Notes: generated by a model not told the origin, from the sequence alone. 64,000 nucleotides of DNA from Tepidisphaera sp. (GCA_050916045.1 CP051526.1:704001-768000), one strand, 5' to 3'; shown: positions 1 through 12,364, counted from the first letter of the stretch. A program made the numbers and translations.

Positions 1-38
1 CGTTGCCCCCGGCTACTGGCGATGACCCCGTCGGGGTC
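1..38. repeat. REP-like palindromic element (family A), truncated at window start
   Basis: cgttgcccccggctactggcgatgaccccgtcggggtc matches the elements at 19157-19201 (reverse complement) and 19302-19346. Confidence 0.7.
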
Positions 39-232
39 TTTCGGACTCGGTCTGCCAGGCGTGTAACCACCACTCCCGAGCGCACCAAAACCGACTCGCG
101 CCACGATTCGATCTACCGCGTGCGGCGGCTGTGTCTGGGGCCTCGGGTGCCTGATGAATCCGGCCGCGCCACGGGGCATGCACGGCCCCGCGTTTGCAAA
201 TCGGGTCTGGTGCGCACGAACTCGGCGCTTGC

Positions 233-769
233 TCAGAGCTTCGTGATCGCTTCGAGCTCGACCCGTCTCATCGCGCACCACGCGATCGCGATCGCGTCCG
301 CGACGTCGGGCGGGCTTGGCGGTTCGGCCAGGCCAAAGAGCGACTGCACCGCCCGCTGCATCTGGTCCTTCTTCGCCAGGCCGTGGCCGGTCATGCCCTT
401 CTTGACGAGGTTGGGCTTGAACTCAAGCAGCGGTAGCCCGGCTTGTCGGATGGCCAGCAGCACCACACCCCGCCCGTGCCCCATCACGATCGCCGTCGCG
501 GGATGGTCGTAGTGGGAGAAGATCGATTCGACCGCGACCGCGTCGGGCTTGGTGCGTTCCAGAAGCGAGCGGAAGTCCCGGTCCAGTTCATCCAGCCGGG
601 CCGACACGCTCGCCGCATCCTCGCTGTCGCCGCTCGCTCCCTTTTTGCCCAAGCGGAAAACGCCCGCTTCCACGATGCGGACACGCTCACCGCCCGGCGT
701 CACGCCCTGATCATCGAGACAGGCGTAGCCCGTCAGCCGAAGTCCGGGATCGATGCCGACGACTCGCAT
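233..769 (-). CDS. ruvC: Crossover junction endodeoxyribonuclease RuvC
   Basis: N-terminal RVVGIDPG, AVE acidic site, MGHGRGV, VKKGMTGHGLAKKDQMQ and PDVADAIAIA motifs. Confidence 0.96.
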   Translation of the reverse strand: MRVVGIDPGLRLTGYACLDDQGVTPGGERVRIVEAGVFRLGKKGASGDSEDAASVSARLDELDRDFRSLLERTKPDAVAVESIFSHYDHPATAIVMGHGRGVVLLAIRQAGLPLLEFKPNLVKKGMTGHGLAKKDQMQRAVQSLFGLAEPPSPPDVADAIAIAWCAMRRVELEAITKL

Positions 770-820
770 GGGCACAAGTGTACTCGGCGATCGGGCGGCC
801 TCGGCATGAGTCCATCCCGA

Positions 821-1486
821 TCAGGCGTGGTTCGCCGCCGCGTAGTGCTTGAGGAAGTTCACGACCGTCTTCGCCATCGCATCGCACTCGAGGTTCACCC
901 CGTCGCCCACCCGGAGCGAGCCGAGGTTGGTCTTGGCGAGCGTCGTGGGGATGAGAGCCACCTCGAACCACCCGCCGGATCCGGCACTCCCGTGGTGGAT
1001 CCCCGCGATCGTGAGCGACACGCCCGCGAGCGTGACCGACCCCTTGGGCACGATGAACGGCATCAGCTCCGCCGGCGGGGCGAGCCGTACCCGCCACTCC
1101 GGCGTCGTCTGGACCGAAAGCACCTTCGCGACCCCGTCGATGTGCCCCTGCACCACATGCCCATCCAGAAGCGTCGAAGCCGTCGCCGCTTGTTCGAGGT
1201 GGACGAGCGACCCCGGCATCAGGCCGCCCAAGGTCGTCAGCCGGAGCGTCTCGGGCACGACGTCAAACCCCAGAACGCCGCTGGCGTCCGGATCGGCGAC
1301 CACCGTGAGGCAGCACCCATCCACCGCGATCGAGTCCCCGGCTCCGGGCCGCACGGGGAACGCCAAACCGGCGGGCTCGGCGGGGGAGACCGTCAGCCGG
1401 AGCAATCCTGAAGCCGTTCCCGAAGCTCCGGCGAGCGGCTGGATGGCCTGAACGCGGCCGAGATGTCGGATGATCCCTGTGAACAT
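821..1486 (-). CDS. ribE: Riboflavin synthase (alpha chain)
   Basis: MFTGII start, GDSIAVDGCCLTV, GHVVQGHIDG, KGSVTLAGVSLT, VNLECD. Confidence 0.96.
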   Translation of the reverse strand: MFTGIIRHLGRVQAIQPLAGASGTASGLLRLTVSPAEPAGLAFPVRPGAGDSIAVDGCCLTVVADPDASGVLGFDVVPETLRLTTLGGLMPGSLVHLEQAATASTLLDGHVVQGHIDGVAKVLSVQTTPEWRVRLAPPAELMPFIVPKGSVTLAGVSLTIAGIHHGSAGSGGWFEVALIPTTLAKTNLGSLRVGDGVNLECDAMAKTVVNFLKHYAAANHA

Positions 1487-1711
1487 GCGTGGAACTGTCA
1501 GGGGGCCGGGTGCGGAGGTAAAGGGCTGATCGGGGGCGGGTGGGGCCCTACCCTTCGGCCCTCAGCGACGGACGAGGCAGTGTCGAGGCGGGGGTGCGGT
1601 TTGACGCCCGCCCGAAAAGCGGCGATACTGCCCGTCCCTGTCCGAGATGCCTGCCTTTCCTCCCTGTGTTCCTAACACGGGGCGAACAGAACGACCGGAG
1701 ACTTCGACGCC

Positions 1712-2854
1712 ATGACGATCCAGACCCTTCGCCTCCCCATCGCTCTTGTCCTCACGGCTGCCGCGCTGGCGGGGGTGGGCGGGTGCACTTCCACGGTCGA
1801 CACGGGTCCGCAGGCGCCGGCCGACATCGACGCCCGCCGCTCGGGCTTCCCGATCAATGACGAGGATTTCGCCCGGATCGGTTACCGCCGCGACTGGCTT
1901 GGCTTTCCGGTGGTGACCACCGGCGGGCGGATCACGCATGTGCACATCGGCAAGGACGCGATCGGCGTGATGGAGTCGGGCTCGACCGCGACGGTGCTCG
2001 AAGCAAGCACGGGCGAGCGTCGCTGGTCCAACCAGCTTGCCAACAAGCTGACGCGCTTCGTGTCGATGTCGCGGGTGGACGGCCAGCTTCTGGCGTGTGC
2101 GGAAGCTGAAGTGATCGGCCTGCGTGTGGACAGCGGGGACATCATCGCCCGCCAGGGGTATTCCCGTGTGGTGAACACCGAGCCGGTGCTTGTCGGCAAG
2201 TCCGCGATCTTCGGAACGGCGAGCGGCCATGTGATCTCCCACGGCCTTGGGCTTGGGTTCCAGGACTGGGCGTTCACGACGGGAGTGTCGGTGAGCCGTG
2301 ATCCGGTGATGGTCGCGGGCAGCGTCGGCGTGGTGAACGACCGCGGCGAAGCGTACTTCCTTGATCCTCTGAACGGGAGCATCGTGGGCCGGAGCCGGGC
2401 GATGTACGACGGGTCGGCTTTCAACCCTGTGGCGGCCGGGGACCTGATGGTGGTGGCTTCGCGGGATCAGTCGCTTTACGCGTTCCGCTCGAATTCCGAG
2501 CGGCCGGTGTGGCAGTATCGCTCGTCGGTTCGGCCCGCGTCGCAGCCGTCGTACGCAAACGGCGTGGTGTACTGCGAGATCGAGGGGAACCTGATGGCTT
2601 TCGACGCTCCGACGGGAGCGGTGAAGTGGAAGTCCGAGGGCACGATCGGTTCGGTGGTGGCGCTGAGCCAGGGCCGTCTGGTGGTGCGTCAGGGCAACGC
2701 GCTCACGCTGGTTGATGCGGGGAGCGGCGATGTCCTCGAGACGATCTCGGTGCCGGGCATGTTCGAGGTGGTGACCGAGAGCAAGAACCCCGCCGAGGGC
2801 AACCTGTACATCGTGAGCACCGGCGGCCTTCTGGCCAAGTTCATCCCGCGGTAG
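1712..2854 (+). CDS. PQQ-like beta-propeller repeat lipoprotein (BamB-like)
   Basis: Signal peptide with lipobox-like GGC; repeated 'A.D..TG...W' blades. Confidence 0.75.
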   Translation: MTIQTLRLPIALVLTAAALAGVGGCTSTVDTGPQAPADIDARRSGFPINDEDFARIGYRRDWLGFPVVTTGGRITHVHIGKDAIGVMESGSTATVLEASTGERRWSNQLANKLTRFVSMSRVDGQLLACAEAEVIGLRVDSGDIIARQGYSRVVNTEPVLVGKSAIFGTASGHVISHGLGLGFQDWAFTTGVSVSRDPVMVAGSVGVVNDRGEAYFLDPLNGSIVGRSRAMYDGSAFNPVAAGDLMVVASRDQSLYAFRSNSERPVWQYRSSVRPASQPSYANGVVYCEIEGNLMAFDAPTGAVKWKSEGTIGSVVALSQGRLVVRQGNALTLVDAGSGDVLETISVPGMFEVVTESKNPAEGNLYIVSTGGLLAKFIPR

Positions 2855-2889
2855 AGCTGGCGGTCAGGCCCCGCGTTCCGGCCCCACGT

Positions 2890-3117
2890 TCAGCGACCCG
2901 AAGAGCATGAGCCCTTTCCCTTTCCGCACGGGCAGCACCCGCCGGACGAGGATGCGCCGCCGCCTGGCTTGCCGCCGGTCGCGAAGGACGAGAACTTTCG
3001 CACAAACGTCCGGCCGCGGCCTTCCGGGTCGGTGACGGGGGCGTCGGCTTGGGAAGCCGGACGCAGAAGCTCGATCGTTGTTCCGTCCTGCAGGGACTCG
3101 TACTCGTAAAGCGGCAT
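2890..3117 (-). CDS. FmdB-family small regulatory protein (Cys-less ribbon variant)
   Basis: MPLYEY start, R..S.F motif, Gly/Cys-rich tail GGCCPCG; RBS GGAGA upstream. Confidence 0.7.
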   Translation of the reverse strand: MPLYEYESLQDGTTIELLRPASQADAPVTDPEGRGRTFVRKFSSFATGGKPGGGASSSGGCCPCGKGKGSCSSGR

Positions 3118-3255
3118 GGGGTCTCTCCGGTCCGCCCGGGCGGGCGGTTCTGGCCTGTTCCGGCCCGGGTTTGAGATCGTAGATCGAGCATCGGCCGGGG
3201 TGGATGCTGGAATTCCCCCTTTCTGCTACGCTTGGGAGCAAGGCACGGAGGCTGA

Positions 3256-6231
3256 TTGCTCGACACTTGTCCGACATGTCTGGCGTTTTTGAAGCCGCAG
3301 ACCAAGGAATGCCCGGTCTGCGGGACGCTTGTCCAATCGAGAGCTCCGGAACCGGCGGCACCCGCGGCGGCGTCGCTGCCTCCCCAGCCTTCCGTTCCGC
3401 CGCCGCCGCCCGCGTCGATCCCGCCGATGTCCCCGCCGGTTCCGCCTCCGGCGAGCACGGTGGAGGACATGCAGGCGACGGCGGCACAACTGCCCAGGCC
3501 GCCGCAGGGGAGCCCCAAGCCGCAGGCGGCGGGCGATCTGATCTTCACGGCCGGAGGTGCGGCCGAGACCGCGCCGGGCCGCCCGATCACGCAGCGGTCG
3601 GCGGCGGTTCAGCCCAACAGCTTGGTGATGGCCGGCGGGCAGGCGAATCAGCAGGTGGTGATCGGCGGGACGAGCCCCGCTCTCAACAGCAACGACCGGC
3701 ACGCGGCGATGCTTGGGACGACGCCGCTTCTGGATCTCGGGAGGTTTGTGCCGGGGACGATGCTGGGGCAGCGGTACCGCATCGCGGGGCGGCTGGGCAA
3801 GGGCGGGATGGGCGAGGTGTACCGCGCGGATGATCTGAAGCTTGGTCAGTCGGTGGCGATGAAGTTCCTTCCGGAAGAGCTTTCGCAGGACAATGCGTCG
3901 CTGACGCGGCTGATCAACGAGGTGAAGATCGCGCGGCAGGTGAGCCATCCGAACGTGTGCCGGGTGTACGACATCGGCGACATGGACGGGCTGCACTTCA
4001 TCTCGATGGAGTACGTGGACGGGGAGGATCTGGGGACGCTGCTTCGGCGCATCGGGCGATTGCCGCACGACAAAGCGGTGCAGATCGCGCGGCAGATGTG
4101 TGCGGGGATGCAGGCCGCCCATGAGAAGGGCGTGCTTCACCGCGACCTCAAGCCGGCGAACATCATGATCGACGGCCGCGGGGCGGTGCGGATCATGGAT
4201 TTCGGGCTGGCGGGCCTGGCGGAGGAGCTCAAGCAGGAGGGGAGCCGCGCGGGGACGCCGGCGTACATGGCTCCCGAGCAGCTTCAGGGCAAGGGCGTGA
4301 CGGCGCGGAGCGACATCTACTCGCTGGGCCTGGTGCTCTACGAGATGTTCACGGGCAAGCCGGCGTACCGGCCGCAGTCGATGGCGGATCTGGTGGCGCT
4401 GCACGAGAAGCCGCTACCGTCGGCGCGGACGATCGTGCCGGAGATTCCTGAAGAGGCGGACGCGGCGATCATGCGGTGCATCGAGCGGGAGCCGGCGGCG
4501 CGGCACGGTTCGGCGCTGCAGGTTGCGGCGGCGCTGGGCGGGCAGGACCCGCTGGCGGCGGCGCTGGCCGCGGGCGAGATGCCGAGCCCCGAGCTTGTCG
4601 CGGCTTCGGGCGGCAAGGGGACGCTTTCGTTTGGCGCGGCCGCGGGCGTGCTGGGCGCGGTGATCATGGCGCTGCTGGTGATCGCGGGGCTGAATCCGAA
4701 AGCGAAGCTTTATGAGATCGACCGGCCGGTGCATCCGAGCCGGCTTGAGGAGCGGGCTCAGGACGCGCTGAAGAAGGTCAGCGCGGATCGCGCCGATGCG
4801 GACACGGCGTGGGGGTTTTATGAGGAGCGTCTGACGACGGACGCAAAGAGCGGATCTTCGCCGCCGCCGCTTGCGGCGATGCGGTACTGGTATCGCCAGA
4901 GCCCAACGCCGCTGCTCAGCACGTCTGCCGATCGTCCGCTTGGTCCTTCGGAGCCTCCGAGCGTGAAGGCGGGGATGAACCTCGTCGTGCTCGACGCCGA
5001 GGGGCGTCTGGTGAAGCTTGAGAGTTCTCCGACGCGGACGCCGGGCGTCGAAGGGGCGGGCTCAGCCAAGCCTGACTTCTCGGGGCTGCTCGCGATCGCG
5101 TCGGTTCCTCCGGGAGATCCGACGCCGGTTCCGTCGGCGATCGTTCCGCGCGTCGCCGCCGATTCGCGGGCCGCGTGGGAGTGGAAGGATGCCGAGGGCC
5201 GCACGGTGCACGTTGAAGCGGCGGCGGTGGGGCCCACGCCGGTTTACTTCGAGGTCTTTCCGCGGTGGACGGGCGCTCCCGACTCGGGGGCTGATGTGGG
5301 TCAGGGCGTGGAGGGGTTCTTCGTCGCGATGCTTCTGTATCTCCTGATCTACGGGGGGCCGATCGCGCTGGCGTGGTACAACTGGAAGCTGGGCCGCGGC
5401 GATCGTCGGGGCGCGATCCGACTGGCGCTGGTGGTGTTTGCGGGGAGCGTGGTTTCGTGGTTCCTGCAGACGCGGCTTGTGGTGGATGGGGCGTTCTTTG
5501 GTCTGCTTGATCCGGTGCTTGGCAAGTCGCTTTATTCGGCCGCGTACATGTGGCTTTTGTACATGGCGATCGAGCCGTTCATTCGGCAGGCGTGGCCTCA
5601 GTCGCTGATCTCGTGGAGCCGGCTGCTTTCGGGCGAGGTTCGCGACGGGTTGGTGGGTCGCGACCTTCTGTTCGGGTGTGCGCTGGGGGCGGGCTGGACG
5701 ATTCTGGTTCAGCTGCTTTACACGTTCGGTGGGTCGCCGCAGCCGTTGCCGCTTGCGGGTTCGCCGGAGATGCTGGTGGGTCTGCGGCCGGCGATCGGCG
5801 GGCTGATCGAGGTGGCCCGGGACGCGGTGCTTTACATCTTCATCATTCTGCTTCTGGTGCCGATCAGCCGGGGGATCATGAAGAAGCTGGTGCCGCCGGC
5901 GGCGGTGGTGTTCGTGGTTTTGGCGGCAGTGTTCGTGCTGCTCTTGGCGCAGCAGTCGGGCCGGGGGACGGGCAACGGCGTGGCGGTGGTGGGAGTGGCG
6001 GGGGTGGTTCTGGCGTTGGCGGCGGCGTATGTGCTGACGCGGTTTGGGGCGCTGATGTTGATGGCGGCGTTCTTCACGGCGGGCGTGCTGCTTTCGTACC
6101 CGTTGACGCTGAACACGGGGAGCTGGTACTTCGGCCCAAGCACGGTCGCGGCGCTGGCGGTGGCGGGGTTGGCGGCGTTCGGGTTCCGCCGCACGATTGC
6201 ACGCCGAACGATGCCGGCCGGATGGAACTGA
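3256..6231 (+). CDS. Membrane-bound Hanks-type Ser/Thr protein kinase with N-terminal zinc ribbon and C-terminal multi-TM domain
   Basis: CPTC..CPVC; LGKGGMGEVY, VAMK, HRDLKPAN, DFG, GTPAYMAPE, SDIYSLG; many hydrophobic helices in C-terminal third; GGAGG before TTG. Confidence 0.92.
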   Translation: MLDTCPTCLAFLKPQTKECPVCGTLVQSRAPEPAAPAAASLPPQPSVPPPPPASIPPMSPPVPPPASTVEDMQATAAQLPRPPQGSPKPQAAGDLIFTAGGAAETAPGRPITQRSAAVQPNSLVMAGGQANQQVVIGGTSPALNSNDRHAAMLGTTPLLDLGRFVPGTMLGQRYRIAGRLGKGGMGEVYRADDLKLGQSVAMKFLPEELSQDNASLTRLINEVKIARQVSHPNVCRVYDIGDMDGLHFISMEYVDGEDLGTLLRRIGRLPHDKAVQIARQMCAGMQAAHEKGVLHRDLKPANIMIDGRGAVRIMDFGLAGLAEELKQEGSRAGTPAYMAPEQLQGKGVTARSDIYSLGLVLYEMFTGKPAYRPQSMADLVALHEKPLPSARTIVPEIPEEADAAIMRCIEREPAARHGSALQVAAALGGQDPLAAALAAGEMPSPELVAASGGKGTLSFGAAAGVLGAVIMALLVIAGLNPKAKLYEIDRPVHPSRLEERAQDALKKVSADRADADTAWGFYEERLTTDAKSGSSPPPLAAMRYWYRQSPTPLLSTSADRPLGPSEPPSVKAGMNLVVLDAEGRLVKLESSPTRTPGVEGAGSAKPDFSGLLAIASVPPGDPTPVPSAIVPRVAADSRAAWEWKDAEGRTVHVEAAAVGPTPVYFEVFPRWTGAPDSGADVGQGVEGFFVAMLLYLLIYGGPIALAWYNWKLGRGDRRGAIRLALVVFAGSVVSWFLQTRLVVDGAFFGLLDPVLGKSLYSAAYMWLLYMAIEPFIRQAWPQSLISWSRLLSGEVRDGLVGRDLLFGCALGAGWTILVQLLYTFGGSPQPLPLAGSPEMLVGLRPAIGGLIEVARDAVLYIFIILLLVPISRGIMKKLVPPAAVVFVVLAAVFVLLLAQQSGRGTGNGVAVVGVAGVVLALAAAYVLTRFGALMLMAAFFTAGVLLSYPLTLNTGSWYFGPSTVAALAVAGLAAFGFRRTIARRTMPAGWN

Positions 6232-6262
6232 ATTTCGCTCGGGAAGAGCACTGGAGCTTTCG

Positions 6263-8821
<2,559 letters not shown>

Positions 8822-8845
8822 AGGTTCGTGGGCGGCGGCCGGGGG

Positions 8846-10033
8846 TCACTTGGACAGGCCGAGGGCTTCGGCCACGGCCGGGTCGATGGCGCGTGAGCCT
8901 TTGGCTCCGGTCGTGAGCGCGAAGGAGCCGGCGTAGTCCCACATGCACCAGCCGATGGCGTGTTTCTCGCAGGCGGCGCGGACATCGCGGAGCCATGCGG
9001 CTCGGGATTCGGCGGGGGCTTTGGCGATGGCGCCAAACTCACCGCACCAGACGGCGACGTTGTGCTTTTTGGCCCAGTCGGCGGCTTTGGCGATCTGCTT
9101 GTCGATCTTGGCGGCGTTCCAGGCTTGGTCGCCGTACCACTTGGCTTCGGCTTTGGCGGCGGGGTCGGCGATTTTGTCGAGGATGGGTTTGAGGAGCTCG
9201 GGCGAAACGGGATAGGGGATGGCGGCGAGGTGCTTCCAGTTGTCGCTTCCCCAGGTGGCCCCTTGGTGGGTGAAGGTGCGGGGTTCGTAGAAGTGGAAGG
9301 TGTAAACGACGTTGGTGTCGGCGAGGGGGGTCAGCTCGGTGAGAGCGGAGAGGCTTGCCCACTGGGTGCCGGTGGCGATGATGGTGTGTTTGGGAGCGGC
9401 GGCGCGGATGGCTGCGGCGAGCTTGGTTTGGAGGTCGTGCCAGCGGGGAGCCGTCTTGTCGAAGACGGGCTCGTTCATGATCTCGAGGAAGACGCGTTCG
9501 GGGTCTTTGGCCGAGAGTTCGGTGGCGAGGGCGGTCCAGTTTTCGAGGAGGGCCTTCTCGAGCTTTTGAGCGAGCGGCTTGGTGGCGTCGTGGAGGTTTT
9601 TCTCGTACTTGGGTTCGACGGCGGTGCCTGTGGGGTGGAGGTCGATGACGACGGCGAGATCGGCTTCGAGGATGAGGTCGACGGCCTCGGAGAGCTTCTT
9701 GACGTTCGCTTTGGTGATTTTGCCGCCGGCTTCGGTGAAGAACCGTGTGGGGTCGATGGGGAGTCGGACGTGGGTGAGGCCGGCTTTCTTGAGGGCGGCG
9801 GCGTCGTCCTTGGAGAGGAACGCGGGGTCGGCGAAAGCACCGCCCGGCGGGAGCCAGTACCAGTGGGAGAGATTGACGCCCTTGGCGAGCTTGGCGAGGC
9901 GTGCGGCGGGGACGCCGGGCTCGGCGGCGGGGGTGGTTTCGGGAGCTGTGGAGATGGGAGGGGAGGCGATCAGGAACGCCAGCGAGCATCCGAGGAACGA
10001 GACCAGCGTGGTTGTCAGCACAGAGCCTCCCAA
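8846..10033 (-). CDS. Glycoside hydrolase family 5 (cellulase-like), secreted
   Basis: GVNLSHW, HVRLPID, IDLH, EIMNEP acid/base, YTFHFYEP, WCGEFG nucleophile, GWCMWDY; start uncertain. Confidence 0.9.
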   Translation of the reverse strand: MGGSVLTTTLVSFLGCSLAFLIASPPISTAPETTPAAEPGVPAARLAKLAKGVNLSHWYWLPPGGAFADPAFLSKDDAAALKKAGLTHVRLPIDPTRFFTEAGGKITKANVKKLSEAVDLILEADLAVVIDLHPTGTAVEPKYEKNLHDATKPLAQKLEKALLENWTALATELSAKDPERVFLEIMNEPVFDKTAPRWHDLQTKLAAAIRAAAPKHTIIATGTQWASLSALTELTPLADTNVVYTFHFYEPRTFTHQGATWGSDNWKHLAAIPYPVSPELLKPILDKIADPAAKAEAKWYGDQAWNAAKIDKQIAKAADWAKKHNVAVWCGEFGAIAKAPAESRAAWLRDVRAACEKHAIGWCMWDYAGSFALTTGAKGSRAIDPAVAEALGLSK

Positions 10034-10089
10034 GAGCCGCGGCGTGCGCGGCTCTTGCGGTCATCATATTCGAATGCTCGGGCTTGCCG

Positions 10090-11802
10090 TCAGACGGGCA
10101 GGTCGTCGAGGCCGTCTTCGCCGCGGTCGGGGCCTCCGCCGTCGCGATGGCCGTCCACGGGGCCGGTGCGGCGGCCCGGGGCGAACCCGGCGGAGCGGCC
10201 GGTATCGAAGGGGGGCGGTTCGTTTGCGTCGGGCGGCGGGGCGTAGGTTCGCGGCGGCGGGGGAGCGGCGGCGGGCCGGTCGTTGTAGCGGTCGATGTCC
10301 ATCGGCGCCTGGGCGTGCTCGTCGAGGTTCTTGAAGCGTGTGGTGGCGGCGTCCCACTTGAGCTTGACGACGCCGGTGGGGCCGTTTCGCTGTTTGGCGA
10401 TGATGAGTTCGGCGACGCCGATCTTGTCGGGGTTCTCGATGGCCCAGTTCTCGTCCTGAACGTGGTAGTAGTCCTCGCGGTGGAGGAGGATGATGACGTC
10501 GGCGTCCTGTTCGATGGAGCCGGATTCGCGGAGGTCGGCCATGCGGGGGCGGTTGCCTTCGCGTTGTTCGCTGGCGCGGTTGAGCTGGGCGAGGCAGACG
10601 ACGGGGAGGTCGAGCTCGCGGGCAAGGGCTTTGATGCCGCGGGAGATGGTGGAGACTTCGACCTGGCGGCTTTCGCGGGCGGCGCCGGGGGAGGTGAGGA
10701 GCTGGAGGTAGTCGATCATGATGCACTTGATGCCGTGCTGTCGCACGAGTCGGCGTGCGCGGGCGCGGAGCGTCATGACGGTCATGTTGGGCGTGTCGTC
10801 GACGAAGATGGGGGCTTGTTCGAGTTCGCCGCAGGCTTGGATGACGCGTCGGAAGTCGACGCCGTGTCCGGAGCGGAGGTTGTGGCTTGAGATTCCGGAG
10901 CGCGCCGAGATGAGACGCTGGGTGACGGCGGACTTGGACATTTCGAGGGAGAAGAAGCCGATGGGGACGCGGGGGACATCTTCGCGGACGAAGGAGAGGC
11001 CGCCGAGAGCGATCTGTTCGGCGAGGTTGAGCGCGAGGGCGGTTTTGCCCATGCTGGGACGGGCGGCGATGATGACGAGTTCGCCGGGCTGGAGGCCGCG
11101 GAGCATGTCGTCGAGTTCGGTGTAGCCGGTGGGGACGCCGCTGAAGCCCTTGCCGTCCTGGGCTTCGAGGCGATCGATCTCGTCCTGGAGGAGCTTCTTG
11201 AGTTCCTGGGGTTCGCTGACGGATTCGTCTTCGGCGATCTCGAAGACTTTGGTTTCGGCGACGTCGATGACCTCGCGGACGCCTTCGGGGCCGAGGTCGC
11301 TTCCGACGTGGTAGGCGTCATAGAGGATCTTGCCGGCGGCGTCGATGAGTCGGCGGAGCTTGGCTTTGTCGGCGACGATGCGGGCGTAGAAGGGTGCGTT
11401 GACGGCGGCGGGGACGGCTTCGGCGAGTTCGAGGAGCTTGGCTTCGCCGCCGATCTGCTCGTAGACGCCCATCTGGCGGAGGCGTTCCTGGGTCTGGACG
11501 AGGTCGCCGGAGTGGTGGCGGTCGAAGACCTCGATGAGGGCGCGGAAGATCCATCCGTGCTCGGCGATGTAGAAGTCCTCGGGCCTGCGGACGATCATCA
11601 TGACGTCGCCGATGACGTTGGGGTCAAGGATCATCGAGCCGAGGAGGGAGATTTCGGCTTCGGCGGAGAAGGGAGCTTCGCGGTCGAAGAGCTTGCCGAG
11701 GGGCTTGCCGGCCGCGGCTTGCGGATCGCCGCCGCCCCTGCCGCGCCGGGGCAGGTTCTTGGGGTCGTAGCGGCTGAAATCGAAGGTGTCCGAGGTGGTC
11801 AT
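10090..11802 (-). CDS. dnaB: Replicative DNA helicase
   Basis: AARPSMGKT Walker A, FSLEMS, IDYLQL, LAQLNR, DLRESGSIEQDAD, IIAKQRNGPTG; start at MTTSD chosen over the long upstream extension. Confidence 0.97.
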   Translation of the reverse strand: MTTSDTFDFSRYDPKNLPRRGRGGGDPQAAAGKPLGKLFDREAPFSAEAEISLLGSMILDPNVIGDVMMIVRRPEDFYIAEHGWIFRALIEVFDRHHSGDLVQTQERLRQMGVYEQIGGEAKLLELAEAVPAAVNAPFYARIVADKAKLRRLIDAAGKILYDAYHVGSDLGPEGVREVIDVAETKVFEIAEDESVSEPQELKKLLQDEIDRLEAQDGKGFSGVPTGYTELDDMLRGLQPGELVIIAARPSMGKTALALNLAEQIALGGLSFVREDVPRVPIGFFSLEMSKSAVTQRLISARSGISSHNLRSGHGVDFRRVIQACGELEQAPIFVDDTPNMTVMTLRARARRLVRQHGIKCIMIDYLQLLTSPGAARESRQVEVSTISRGIKALARELDLPVVCLAQLNRASEQREGNRPRMADLRESGSIEQDADVIILLHREDYYHVQDENWAIENPDKIGVAELIIAKQRNGPTGVVKLKWDAATTRFKNLDEHAQAPMDIDRYNDRPAAAPPPPRTYAPPPDANEPPPFDTGRSAGFAPGRRTGPVDGHRDGGGPDRGEDGLDDLPV

Positions 11803-11901
11803 GGGGAGGGTGCGGGCGGGTGGCGGAGGGGGGCGGTCCGGGGAGGCAAAAGTAGCGTCGGCGGGCTGGTTCGACGCCGCAAGCGACATCATCTCAGGTG
11901 G

Positions 11902-11910
11902 TTTTCCACA
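11902..11910 (+). promoter_or_regulatory. Possible DnaA box upstream of dnaB
   Basis: TTTTCCACA fits TTWTNCACA, about 100 bp upstream of the dnaB start. Confidence 0.35.
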
Positions 11911-12364
11911 GGCGCTGCGGGGCGCAGACCCCGCAAAGCCCCGTCGGGGCGGGATGGTCGGGGCCTGCTCGGGGCTTTGCGTCGAGCCGGTCGGTCGAGC
12001 GGTTTGGCGGACTGAACTCTGAGCCGGTGAGCGAAAGAGCTTGTCGGGATCGGGCGTGTGTCGATCACGCGACGGGAACGAGAACGCGTTCGCGTCCGTG
12101 CGCGGTGTTGATGCGCGTTGGCGATTGAGCACAAACAGGTCAAGGCATGCCCCGTTCGTTCAACAATTGACCTGAGTGTGCGTCGTGATCCCCCTGTCAC
12201 ATTGTCAGACGGCGGTTGCTCTCTGCCAAAGGCTGCATGAATTGAAGCGGGCACCGTTGCCGGCGCATGCGGCGTGGGCGCATGTGTGGCATCACGCTTG
12301 CAAGCGTCTTCGTCTGCGATGAACTTTCGATTCAGAAAGATCACGCGGAACAAGGAGACAGGAC

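Noticed and set aside
233..769. RuvC-fold protein as a possible TnpB/Cas12-like nuclease near REP elements
   Set aside because: Size and motifs match the canonical Holliday junction resolvase.
10090..12132. Possible intein or extra domain in the 680-aa DnaB ORF
   Set aside because: Helicase motifs are contiguous with no intein splice motifs; the extra length is upstream non-coding read-through plus a disordered tail.
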